Shown here: positions 17,151-25,913 of the stretch, piece by piece
Layout: every line of letters starts with the position of its first letter
Position numbering within the stretch: the first letter of the stretch is position 1
Assembly: GCF_021596505.1 (NCBI RefSeq)
Contig: NZ_PJIZ01000018.1
Coordinates: 15,365 to 47,364, forward strand
Reading direction: 5' to 3'
Length of the DNA: 32,000 nucleotides
From: Nostoc sp. CMAA1605
Lineage (GTDB): Bacteria; Cyanobacteriota; Cyanobacteriia; Cyanobacteriales; Nostocaceae
The notes under the pieces: model-generated
The model's database searches: none
What the model was told of the DNA's origin: nothing
What the model saw: only the letters and a program-made list of their open reading frames with translations
Position numbers and translations under genes: made by a program

Positions 17151-17615
17151 ATGGAAAAGAAAATCCGCCTAGCACTCAATTTCAAATACTCAAGACTGAT
17201 TACAGCCATCTTGATGTCCTGTCTCATCGCATTGATTTCGTGGGTATGGACTCCTGTGGCTGTAGCGTTAACACAGATTAAACTCTCTAATTTATCTTAT
17301 AAGGAGTGTCCAGCCGAATTGGCTCAAGGGGCTGTAACTAGTAGTGGTAGCGGGGCTGCTAATTGCTTTATTGTTACTGGTAAAGCCGAAAATAGCACTC
17401 GTAAAACTGTCTACGATGCAGATATTTATGGGCGCATATATGATGCAAACAATGATGCCATATTACAAAATCGTTCCCGCCTTGGTTCTATTCCAGAAGT
17501 TCCCCCAGGAACCAGTGATTTTGAATTGAGAATTTCTGTACCTGCAATTCAACCTTTACCTTTAAAACTCAAGCAATTCAAAGCTTCTGGATTTAGCGCG
17601 CAAATTCGCAAATAA
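17151..17615 (+). CDS. membrane-anchored hypothetical protein
   Basis: The track ORF starts at 17085, inside the repeat array. The ATG at 17151 (MEKKIRL...) precedes a single TM helix (LITAILMSCLIALISWVW) and is the more plausible start. Confidence 0.6.
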   Translation: MEKKIRLALNFKYSRLITAILMSCLIALISWVWTPVAVALTQIKLSNLSYKECPAELAQGAVTSSGSGAANCFIVTGKAENSTRKTVYDADIYGRIYDANNDAILQNRSRLGSIPEVPPGTSDFELRISVPAIQPLPLKLKQFKASGFSAQIRK

Positions 17616-17632
17616 TCTCAAATCCCAAAATT

Positions 17633-17670
17633 TAGAGACGTAGCACCGCTAAGTTTGTGATACGTCTCTA
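17633..17670. terminator. 10-bp perfect hairpin between convergent genes
   Basis: tagagacgta - 18-nt loop - tacgtctcta. Confidence 0.45.
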
Positions 17671-17692
17671 ATACGTCTATTTGAGCTACGGA

Positions 17693-17968
17693 TTAAAATC
17701 CCACTGCTGGCAATCTGCCGAGTGTTTCCAATGCACCAGTGAGTAAATTTAGCACCACAAAAGCGAGGATGGGGGAAAAGTCCATACCACCCAAGGGAGG
17801 AATAATAGAACGAAATAGGTTGAGGTAGGGATCTGTGACTTGGCTTAAAGCGGTAAATGGTTGGTTATACCAATTGATGCTGGGAAACCAAGTCAATAAA
17901 ACCCGAATAATCAACAGGTAGCTGTAAATAGTGATGAAAGTAACTAATGTATTAATCAGTAAAGACAT
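17693..17968 (-). CDS. yggT: YggT family membrane protein (Ycf19-like)
   Basis: 91 aa with the pattern LLIIRVLLTWFP...TDPYLNLFRSIIPPLGGMDFSPILA. Confidence 0.85.
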   Translation of the reverse strand: MSLLINTLVTFITIYSYLLIIRVLLTWFPSINWYNQPFTALSQVTDPYLNLFRSIIPPLGGMDFSPILAFVVLNLLTGALETLGRLPAVGF

Positions 17969-18058
17969 GGATGGGTTATTTTCCTATTAAGTGTCAAAAG
18001 CGGTCTTATTATAGATTTTAATTTAGTCTAGGTCATAGCGTATGGAGATCATAACCTT

Positions 18059-18131
18059 GGGGACTGGGGATTGGGGATTGGGGACACTTCGACAAGCTCA
18101 GTGCATCGCTGGGGACTGGGGACTGGGGACT
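18059..18131. repeat. STRR1 heptamers flanking 30-nt core copy 2 (18082-18111, inverted)
   Basis: Read directly. Confidence 0.9.
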
Positions 18132-18210
18132 AATGAATTCAAAATTCACGCATACTTTACGGTATCTTGCTACAAAATTCAGAATAAAATGATTCTGTTC
18201 CCTGCTCCCT

Positions 18211-18255
18211 ATTGACTATTGACTATTGACTGTTGACTGTTGACTAATGACTAAT
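18211..18255. repeat. STRR3/STRR2-type heptamer array (ATTGACT / GTTGACT / AATGACT)
   Basis: attgactattgactattgactgttgactgttgactaatgactaat. GTTGACT arrays contain the reverse complement of CAACAGT. Confidence 0.9.
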
Positions 18256-18605
18256 TAAGAATCTTGCTTGACGGAACGATCATTAACTGGTTGAGTAGAA
18301 CCGCCATTAACGTTCCCTAGATGCTTCCTGACTTCATCAATTGTGGCATTTAGCTGGGCGATTTTATCTTCTAGCGATCGCCTTGCGGTTTCCATCTCTA
18401 CGCCTTCACTCTCAGAAGATAGCATCTGACGGCGTTTGGTAGGCACTTTTTGATTTTCTTTGGAATTATTAATCATTTCTGTGCCTTCTTCCACTATTTC
18501 CTCGTTCTGGCGAGAAGTAATGACAGCACCTAAAATTCCGCCCACTACGCCGCCAAATATCGCCCCTACTAAAAAACCACTACCAAAACCATCACGCTGA
18601 CTCAT
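18255..18605 (-). CDS. YtxH-domain / glycine-zipper small membrane protein
   Basis: GFGSGFLVGAIFGGVVGGILGAVI followed by a coiled-coil tail. The internal ATG at 18605 (MSQRDGF) has an upstream AAGGGA and is preferred over the track start at 18674. Confidence 0.65.
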   Translation of the reverse strand: MSQRDGFGSGFLVGAIFGGVVGGILGAVITSRQNEEIVEEGTEMINNSKENQKVPTKRRQMLSSESEGVEMETARRSLEDKIAQLNATIDEVRKHLGNVNGGSTQPVNDRSVKQDS

Positions 18606-18680
18606 AACTTTATTCCCTTGAAGAAACACGGCTACTTTTAGATCATTTGAGTTATTTTCCTTCCCTAGCTGCATACTAGC

Positions 18681-19331
18681 CTATGTGCCGAAGATGCGAT
18701 CGCCTGCATCTCCTAATCCTGGTACAATAAACCCTTGATTATTGACCGTTTCATCAATTGTGGCAGTGTAAATTATTAGGTCAGGATAAACCTCACTCAA
18801 TTTTTTTAATGCTGGTGGTGCAGCCACCACACAAACAATCCGAATTAAAGCCGGATCAACACCCCGTCTTGTTAATTCAGACATCGCCATCATCATTGAA
18901 CCACCCGTGGCTAACATCGGATCGGTAATCAACACCCTAGTTTGAGGGTGAAATTGTTCTGGCAGTTTGTTGAGGTAACAGGAAGCTTCTAAAGTTTCCT
19001 CATTTCGCACCAAACCCAAGTGATAAATCGAAGCTAAAGGTAATATTGTTTGCGCCCCTTCTAGTAAGCCCAAACCAGCCCGTAAAATCGGCACAACTGC
19101 CACAGGTATTTCTGGACTAACCACCGTTCCAGGGCAATTATCCAAGGGAGTTTGTACCACAATATCTTGTGTTGGCAACCATTCCCGCGCTGCTTCATAG
19201 GTTAACCAACGCCCCAACTCAGTCATCGCACTCCGAAACAAAACTGAAGGCGTAGCAGCATCACGGGCAACTGTCAGCCAGTGCTTGATTAAAGGATGGG
19301 GAGGAACATAAACACGCAGTTGTGCCGCCAT
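18681..19331 (-). CDS. upp: uracil phosphoribosyltransferase
   Basis: 216 aa with HPLIKHWLTVARD, ILRAGLGLLEG, the PRPP loop LITDPMLATGGS, and GLGDAGDRIFGT. Confidence 0.9.
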   Translation of the reverse strand: MAAQLRVYVPPHPLIKHWLTVARDAATPSVLFRSAMTELGRWLTYEAAREWLPTQDIVVQTPLDNCPGTVVSPEIPVAVVPILRAGLGLLEGAQTILPLASIYHLGLVRNEETLEASCYLNKLPEQFHPQTRVLITDPMLATGGSMMMAMSELTRRGVDPALIRIVCVVAAPPALKKLSEVYPDLIIYTATIDETVNNQGFIVPGLGDAGDRIFGT

Positions 19332-19393
19332 ACCTAAAAATAGCCTTTTTTATTCTATGAGAACTGAAACATCATCATACTCTTTCCTGGGCA

Positions 19394-19636
19394 TTAGTCA
19401 TTCATTAGGGCATGGGGAATAGGGAATGGGGCATGGGGAATAGGGAATAGGGCATGGGGAATAGGGAATGGGAATGGGGCATAGGGAATAGGGAACAAAG
19501 AACATTGTTCAAGTAACTGATAACCCAATGCCCAATGCCCAATCCCTAGTCCCCAGTCCCCAGCGATGCACTGAGCTTGTCGAAGTGTCCCCAGTCCCCA
19601 ATCCCCAATCCCCAATCCCCAATCCCCAATCCCCAA
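19394..19636. repeat. compound heptamer region (GGGAATA/GGGCATG G-rich arrays, then CCCAATG and CCCCAAT/CCCCAGT arrays) with 30-nt core copy 3 (19561-19590)
   Basis: Read directly. The 80-aa ORF in the track is a translation of the repeat. Confidence 0.9.
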
Positions 19637-19662
19637 TTATTGCAATAAATTTGCATTAACAG

Positions 19663-19692
19663 TTGACATCTATTCTCAACCAAGGTTATATT
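19663..19692 (+). promoter_or_regulatory. sigma70-type promoter candidate (TTGACA - 18 nt - TATATT)
   Basis: ttgaca at 19663-19668 and tatatt at 19687-19692. There is an inverted repeat tgcaa/ttgca just upstream. Confidence 0.45.
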
Positions 19693-19698
19693 ATCTAT

Positions 19699-19768
19699 CA
19701 GTGTTCTCCTCTCTTTAAGGATCGGCAGACGGGATTAGCCGGCGGTAGCAGGCTTGTCCCTCTTTTTT
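19699..19768 (+). ncRNA. candidate ~70-nt sRNA (orphan promoter + intrinsic terminator)
   Basis: The terminator stem pairs 19731-19743 with 19748-19760 (11 pairs, 2 mismatches) and is followed by TCTTTTTT. The 5' part is pyrimidine-rich and unpaired (GUUCUCCUCUCUUUAAGG). There is no ORF. Confidence 0.4.
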
Positions 19769-20018
19769 GTGTTTAAGAAACTTAAACAAAGTTCATCACG
19801 CACATTTTTATTTATTCTCCAGCCAGCTTTAACACATTCCACCAATGACTGTGGTTAAACCTTGAGTATTTATCTAGGTTGAAAAGCCAAACGACACATT
19901 TGGGATCATCTCCATTGGCTTTCACTCAAAATGATTTATTGAATTAACCCTGATTTCTACTGACAAAAGTAATATAAAATACGATTCTCTGCGTTAATTT
20001 TATTTACTTGCTGTTCCT

Positions 20019-21545
20019 ATGGCCTCAAATTTTAGGACTACCTCATCCCTTGATCATTCATTTGATGTCATCGTGATTGGATCTGGTATTGGTGGTTTAG
20101 TCACAGCCACCCAGCTAGCAGCAAAAGGTGTAAAAGTGCTAGTGCTGGAAAGTTATGTCATTCCTGGTGGGAGTGCTGGCTACTTTGAACACGAAGGTTA
20201 TCGCTTTGATGTGGGGGCCTCAATGATCTTTGGCTTAGGAAACAAAGGTACTACAAATCTCCTAACTCGCGCCCTCCAAGCAGTAAATATTAATTTGGAA
20301 AGTATTCCTGATCCCGTACAGATTCATTACCATCTACCTGACAGTTTAGACTTAAAAGTTGATAGGAATTATGACAAATTTTTGCAAAATCTTATTGCTT
20401 ACTTTCCTCATGAAGCTACAGGGATTCGTCGTTTTTATGACGAATGCTGGCGAGTATTTAATTGTCTTAACAAAATAGATTTACTGTCTCTAGAAGAACC
20501 TCGGTATCTCCTGCGAGTATTTTTGCAACAGCCTCTAGCTTGTCTTGGTTTAGCTAAGTATCTCCCTCAAAATGCTGGAGATGTTGCCCGACGTTATATT
20601 AAAGACCCTCAATTATTAAAATTTATCGATATGGAATGTTATTGCTGGTCTGTAGTCCCGGCCAGTATGACACCAATGATTAACGCTGGGATGGTTTTTT
20701 CCGATAGACACTATGGCGGCGTAAACTATCCCAAAGGTGGTGTAGCACAAATTGCCCAGGCTTTAGCACAGGGTTTAGAAAAAGCAGGTGGTAAAATTAA
20801 ATACCAATCTAAGGTTACAAAAATTCTTACTCAAAAAGGTCGCGCAGTAGGTGTGCAGCTAGCCAGTGGCGAAACTTATGGGGGTAAACGCATAGTTTCT
20901 AATGCTACACGGTGGGATACATTTGAAAAATTATTGCCAGTGGAGCAAATACCACATAATGAGAAAAAATGGCAACAAAGATATCAAAAATCTCCCAGCT
21001 TTCTCAGCTTGCATATGGGTGTAAAAGCTGCGGTCTTACCTACGGGGACGGAGTGCCATCATATTATTTTGGAAAATTGGCAGGAGATGATGACACCGGA
21101 AGGTACTTTATTTGTGTCGATTCCCACCTTGCTTGACACAGATTTAGCTCCCAGGGGACATCATATCATTCATGCGTTCACACCCCACTGGATTGATGAT
21201 TGGCAGGGAATGTCTGCAAAAGAGTACGAAGCGAAGAAAGAAGCGGCGGCTTGGCGAGTTATTGACCGACTAGAAAAGATTTTTCCTGGTTTAGATGCAG
21301 GTTTAGATTATTTAGAAGTGGGTACACCGCGCACTCATAGACGTTTTTTGGGGCGTGTAGATGGGACTTATGGGCCGATACCCCGGCGTAAATTGTGGGG
21401 ATTAATAGGAATGCCCTTTAACCGTACATCTATTCCAGGGCTTTACTGTGTGGGGGATAGTACATTTCCTGGACAGGGTTTGAATGCGGTGGCGTTTTCT
21501 GGGTTTGCTTGCGCCCATCGCATCGCAGTAGATTTGGGAATGTGA
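20019..21545 (+). CDS. crtH: carotenoid cis-trans isomerase (prolycopene isomerase, CrtH/CrtISO type)
   Basis: 508 aa with the FAD motif [22 protein letters not shown]. Long stretches match what I recall of Synechocystis CrtH: [49 protein letters not shown]. Confidence 0.85.
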   Translation: MASNFRTTSSLDHSFDVIVIGSGIGGLVTATQLAAKGVKVLVLESYVIPGGSAGYFEHEGYRFDVGASMIFGLGNKGTTNLLTRALQAVNINLESIPDPVQIHYHLPDSLDLKVDRNYDKFLQNLIAYFPHEATGIRRFYDECWRVFNCLNKIDLLSLEEPRYLLRVFLQQPLACLGLAKYLPQNAGDVARRYIKDPQLLKFIDMECYCWSVVPASMTPMINAGMVFSDRHYGGVNYPKGGVAQIAQALAQGLEKAGGKIKYQSKVTKILTQKGRAVGVQLASGETYGGKRIVSNATRWDTFEKLLPVEQIPHNEKKWQQRYQKSPSFLSLHMGVKAAVLPTGTECHHIILENWQEMMTPEGTLFVSIPTLLDTDLAPRGHHIIHAFTPHWIDDWQGMSAKEYEAKKEAAAWRVIDRLEKIFPGLDAGLDYLEVGTPRTHRRFLGRVDGTYGPIPRRKLWGLIGMPFNRTSIPGLYCVGDSTFPGQGLNAVAFSGFACAHRIAVDLGM

Positions 21546-21580
21546 GGTCAATTCAAAATTCAAAATTCAAAATTAAGGCA

Positions 21581-21645
21581 GTAGGGTGCATCAGTACAAA
21601 TATTTTCTAGATATTTCCAGGTTATTTCTAACTGACGCACCCTAC
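21581..21645. terminator. second copy of the GTAGGGTGC(G/A)TCAGT hairpin element, between convergent crtH and pgk
   Basis: gtagggtgcatcagt - 35-nt loop - actgacgcaccctac. It is preceded by an ATTCAAA x3 heptamer array (21551-21574). Confidence 0.5.
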
Positions 21646-21664
21646 TAAAACTATTCCCTGTTAA

Positions 21665-22872
21665 TTACGCATCGTTTAAAGCAGCGATACCGGGTAATAC
21701 TTTGCCTTCGAGTAATTCTAAGCTAGCACCGCCACCGGTAGAGATATGGCTCATTTGATCAGCCAAACCTACCTTTTCTACAGCTGCTACAGAGTCACCG
21801 CCACCGATGATGGTGGTTGTACCAGTTTTACCAATTTCTGCTAGAGTATGAGCGATCGCTTCTGTACCTACAGCAAACTTATCAAACTCAAATACACCCA
21901 TAGGCCCGTTCCAAATTACGGTTTTGCAATCAGCTAAAGCTTCTTGGAAAACTTTCACAGAGTCAGGGCCGATATCCAAACCCATGCCATCAGCAGGAAT
22001 ATTTTCAATGCTGACGGTGGTAGCATTGGCATCGGGAGCAAATTTATCAGCAGATACGATATCGGTAGGTAACAAGAAGGTAACACCTTTTTCTTTGGCT
22101 TTAGCTTCCAAAGTTCTCGCTAATTCCAGCTTGTCTTCTTCTACCAAAGACTTACCAACACTCAAACCACGGGCTTTATAGAAGGTGAAAATCATCCCCC
22201 CACCGATGATGAGTTTGTCGCACTTCTCTAGCAGGGTTTCAATAACACCGATTTTGCTAGAAACCTTAGAACCGCCAATAATCGCAGCTAAAGGACGTTG
22301 GGTTGTTCGATTGCGCTTTGCAGATACTGCAATTCCTTTTCAATCAAATAACCACCAACAGCAGGACTCAAATAATGAGTTACACCTTCAGTGGAAGCAT
22401 GGGCGCGGTGTGCTGTTCCGAAAGCATCATTGACATAAAAATCGGCATTAGCTGCCAGTTTTTTAGCAAATTCTGGATCGTTTTTTTCTTCTTCTTTATA
22501 AAAACGGACGTTTTCAAGCAGCAGCACTTGACCATTTTGTAAAGCAGCCACTTTCGCAGCTACATCATCGCCAATACAGTCATCAGTTTTGACAACCTCT
22601 TGACCCAACAACTCAGACAGACGCTTTGCAACGGGGGTTAGGCGCAATTTGTCGTCCACACCTTTGGGACGACCAAAATGGCTTGCTAGAATGACCTTAG
22701 CACCCTTCTGCGTTAAATCTTGAATGGTTGGTAGAGCAGCGCGAATGCGGGTATCATCTGTGATGTTACCTTGGTCATCCACAGGTACGTTAAAATCAAC
22801 CCGCACAAAGGCGCGTTTACCGGAAATATCAGCCGCAGATAAACTTGCTAAAGTTTTTTTGGACACTGCCAA
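21665..22872 (-). pseudogene. pgk: phosphoglycerate kinase, frameshifted as sequenced (probable sequencing artefact)
   Basis: The N-terminal ORF is 22288..22872 (...[14 protein letters not shown]). The C-terminal frame reads [39 protein letters not shown]... from 22297 downwards. The frame switches at the G3 run 22300-22302. The start codon is TTG. Confidence 0.85.
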
Positions 22873-22956
22873 ACCCTCCTGATTGCCTTTTTGTTATCGT
22901 TTTGAAAGTATCACCATCAAGATTTTACCGGAGTAGGGGGTGCTGAGGAGACATAT

Positions 22957-23364
22957 ATGTTCAAGACAGTATTATTTCCAATTGATCAAAGTCGGGAAGC
23001 ACGGGAAGCTGCTGATGTTGTGGCTAATGTTGTGCAGCAATATGCTAGCCGTCTAGTGCTGTTGTCTGTGGTGGAAGAACCAGCCACCGATGAAGCGAAA
23101 GCTGACCCAATGGTGTCACCGGAAGCGGTGGCGAAACTGTTGGCTGATGCTCAAGCTTTATTTTCTGGACAAGGGATTCCATCGGAAACTATAGAAAGAC
23201 AAGGTAAGCCAGCCTTTACCATCTGTGATGTCGCTGATGAAATTGGGGCTAACTTAATCATTATGGGCTGTCGGGGTCTAGGTTTAACTGATGAGGGTGC
23301 AACGGATAGTGTGACTACTCGCGTGGTTAACCTTTCGCCTTGTCCTGTGTTGATTGTGCCTTGA
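22957..23364 (+). CDS. universal stress protein (UspA family)
   Basis: 135 aa with MFKTVLFPID.S, ADLIIMG-type sequence (ANLIIMGCRGLG), and the C-terminal SVTTRVVNLSPCPVLIV. Confidence 0.85.
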   Translation: MFKTVLFPIDQSREAREAADVVANVVQQYASRLVLLSVVEEPATDEAKADPMVSPEAVAKLLADAQALFSGQGIPSETIERQGKPAFTICDVADEIGANLIIMGCRGLGLTDEGATDSVTTRVVNLSPCPVLIVP

Positions 23365-23488
23365 GAGTGATGAGTGCTGAGTGCTGAGTGGGGAAAAAGA
23401 GACAAGGTAGATAAGGTAGACAAGGGAGGAGAAAAAATAATCAATATTGACTATTGACTGTTGACTGTTGACTCTTGACTGTTGACTT
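23365..23488. repeat. three adjacent short tandem arrays (GAGTGMT x4; GACAAGGTA-type 9-mers x3; NTTGACT x6)
   Basis: Read directly. Confidence 0.9.
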
Positions 23489-23520
23489 CTCACCTAGTCG
23501 CCTAGCAATGGGGGAGATCC

Positions 23521-23560
23521 AAAAAACTAAAAGCCAGAGTATGTGTAACGTTACTCTGGC
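23521..23560 (-). terminator. intrinsic terminator downstream of the IF-3-like gene
   Basis: The stem gccagagta/tactctggc (9 bp) has a 10-nt loop. A U-rich tract follows on the minus strand (plus-strand aaaaaactaaaa, 23521-23532). Confidence 0.6.
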
Positions 23561-23596
23561 TACTTAGGTCTAATAATAATATTCCGACAAAATTTT

Positions 23597-24100
23597 CTAG
23601 GCGGGAACGACTTGAGCGACTAGTGAACGTTTATCCAGCGATTGGACTTTACCAACTTGAGCTAAAGCAGTAACGATTTTCTCTAACAATTCTGCCGCTT
23701 GTTCACGATATTGGTGTTCTCGACCCCGTAAACGAATCACAAACTTGACTGAATCACCTTTACTCAACCATCCAACAGCTTGTTCGATGCGTAAGTTGTA
23801 ATCAGCTACACCTACGTTCGGACGAAGCCGGACTTCCTTGACTGTGGGTTTAGCACTGCGTCCCTGACGCTTTTTCTTTTGATACTGAAGCTTACCAAAG
23901 TTGACAATCTTGGCAACTGGAGCATCTTTGCCTTCGGAAACTACAACTAGGTCAAGTTCTAAACTCTCTGCTAGCTGTAAGGCTTCACGTGTATCTGTGA
24001 GTCCTCGGTTATTATTTTCATGGTCAATCAAGAAGACTTGAGCTGACTTAATTTGTGAGTTAATTAGTTGCTTTTGGATTGCGATAACGGTTTCTCTCAA
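23597..24100 (-). CDS. infC: translation initiation factor IF-3 (divergent; possibly a paralogue)
   Basis: It has N- and C-domain wording of IF-3: INSQIKSAQVFLID...EALQLAESLELDLVVVS...APVAKIVNFGKLQYQKKK...KEVRLRPNVGVADYNLR...KFVIRLRGRE. The start is TTG at 24100 or in-frame ATT at 24109. An in-frame stop lies at 24116-24118. Confidence 0.75.
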   Translation of the reverse strand: MRETVIAIQKQLINSQIKSAQVFLIDHENNNRGLTDTREALQLAESLELDLVVVSEGKDAPVAKIVNFGKLQYQKKKRQGRSAKPTVKEVRLRPNVGVADYNLRIEQAVGWLSKGDSVKFVIRLRGREHQYREQAAELLEKIVTALAQVGKVQSLDKRSLVAQVVPA

Positions 24101-24162
24101 TAGATTAATGCTTGACTAGTGCAAGCACTGCCAATATAACACAACACTGGAGTGAAGTTTTA

Positions 24163-24203
24163 GAACAAAAAATTAAGAAGGAGAAAGCGATCGCTCTTTC
24201 TCC
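24163..24203 (-). terminator. HIP1-centred palindrome plus U-tract downstream of phoD
   Basis: ggagaaag-cgatcg-ctctttctcc (24180-24203). On the minus strand it is followed by ttcttaatttttt. Confidence 0.55.
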
Positions 24204-24216
24204 CCATTATTAATTA

Positions 24217-25776
24217 TTAAACTTTTTGCGCTCCTGGTTTGCCGTTTTCTACCACAAAGGATGCTAAGGTACTCACAGTAGCATTCTGGTCAAGAATACT
24301 AGAAACAACTCGATAATCACTCTGCCAATTATTTCTCGTCAATTTACACCGCACATAACCACGGTTAGCACCATCAAAGAATTTTGTATGAGGATTAGCC
24401 GGAACTGCGGCTTGTACTGGGGCAATAAAACTTGTGGGAAAATCGGAAGTGATGGAAGTACCGACAAACTCAGTACCCACTGTTGCTGACAGGGGATTAT
24501 TAAAATCAGCTTTTACATCAAATACCCAACTGGAATGGATATCACCAGTAATGACTACAGGGTTGGATGGTTGGCGTTGTTCTAAGAAGTTTAACAACCG
24601 TTGACGAGCTGCTACATAGCCATCCCATTGGTCAACGTTAAATAGTTGTACTGTAGGACTGGGGTTAAAATCAAACTGAGATAATATTACTTGCTGGGCA
24701 ATAACATTCCAGCGTGCTTGTGATTTGTCTAGTCCTTGGAATAACCAGCTTTCTTGTGCTGTGCCTGTGAGTGTGGCATTGGGGTCTAAAGCTGCGGCAC
24801 ATAGGGGTTTAAGTCCATCATTACAAGGTTGGTCTGTGCGGTACTGGCGGGTATCTAAAACGTTGAACTCGGCTAAATCACCAAAGGTAAACCGCCGATA
24901 CAACTGCATACTAGCTCCCTTTGGTAACGAAGATAAGCGCAATGGCATATGCTCATAATAAGCTTGGTAAGCATTGACTCGTCGCTGTTCAAAGGCTGCT
25001 GGTGTTTGACTATCTTCGGGGATTAAGTTGGCGTAGTTGTTATCTACTTCGTGGTCATCCCAAGTGACTATCCAAGGGAAATTGGCATGAACAGCTTGTA
25101 AGTTTGCGTCGGTTCTGTACAAAGCATAACGGTTGCGATAGTCAGCTAGGGTGATGATTTCGGGGCCGATGTGTTGCCTTGGTGCGCCAGCTTGCGGGCC
25201 ATATTCATAGATGTAATCACCTAGATGCACCACTAAATCTAGGTCTTCCTGTGCCATGTGTTTATAGGCTGTATAAAAGCCGTTTTGCCAGTCTTGACAA
25301 GAAGCAAAGGCAAAGTTGAGTTGGGAAATGGAACTATAGATGGCGGGTGCTGTGCGGGTGCGCCCGATGGGACTGACTTCGCTACCCACTGCAAATTGAT
25401 ACCAGTACCAACGGTTAGGTTCTAACCCCTGCACATCAACGTGGACAGAATGACCGAGTTGTGGTGTTGCTAAAACTGTGCCTCTTTGTACCACCTGTCT
25501 CATGTTTTCGTCTCGTGCAATTTGCCAACGCACAGGTACATTTACAGGTGACATTCCGCCGCCATTTACGGGTTGTGGTGCGAGACGAGTCCATAAAACT
25601 ACGCTATCGGGAAGAGGATCACCAGAAGCAACACCTAACTTGAAGGGATAGTCAGAAAATCTTCCCCGCGCCATGACAGGCTGTAACTGGCTAGTTACCG
25701 CTAACCCTGTGAAAAAACTTGCACCCAGTAAAAAATTACGCCGTTTGAGTAGGCGATCGCTATTCATAAATTCCAT
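24217..25776 (-). CDS. phoD: PhoD-family alkaline phosphatase, Tat-exported
   Basis: It has a twin-arginine signal (LLKRRNFLLGAS) and the motifs GVASGDP, GDYIYEY and WDDHEV. The ATG at 25776 (MEFMNSD) is preferred over the upstream track start at 25830. Confidence 0.85.
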   Translation of the reverse strand: MEFMNSDRLLKRRNFLLGASFFTGLAVTSQLQPVMARGRFSDYPFKLGVASGDPLPDSVVLWTRLAPQPVNGGGMSPVNVPVRWQIARDENMRQVVQRGTVLATPQLGHSVHVDVQGLEPNRWYWYQFAVGSEVSPIGRTRTAPAIYSSISQLNFAFASCQDWQNGFYTAYKHMAQEDLDLVVHLGDYIYEYGPQAGAPRQHIGPEIITLADYRNRYALYRTDANLQAVHANFPWIVTWDDHEVDNNYANLIPEDSQTPAAFEQRRVNAYQAYYEHMPLRLSSLPKGASMQLYRRFTFGDLAEFNVLDTRQYRTDQPCNDGLKPLCAAALDPNATLTGTAQESWLFQGLDKSQARWNVIAQQVILSQFDFNPSPTVQLFNVDQWDGYVAARQRLLNFLEQRQPSNPVVITGDIHSSWVFDVKADFNNPLSATVGTEFVGTSITSDFPTSFIAPVQAAVPANPHTKFFDGANRGYVRCKLTRNNWQSDYRVVSSILDQNATVSTLASFVVENGKPGAQKV

Positions 25777-25913
25777 ACTCACCCCTACTAAGATTGATAT
25801 ATAGTTGGCAAGGTATAACCTGACTTGCAACCAAGCACACAGAACTTACCAACCTAGAATCAAAGCGGGATTAAGGAAATGTTAAGACAGTAGAAAATTG
25901 TGATATCTACTAA

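Noticed and set aside
19394-19636. 80-aa ORF MGIGDWGLGIGDWGLG...
   Set aside because: It lies entirely within STRR heptamer arrays and the 30-nt core repeat, so it is a repeat translation artefact.
21924-22542. Plus-strand ORFs 21924..22181, 22185..22433 and 22303..22542
   Set aside because: They are antisense shadows of pgk. The 22185..22433 ORF merely spans the region where the pgk frame is broken.
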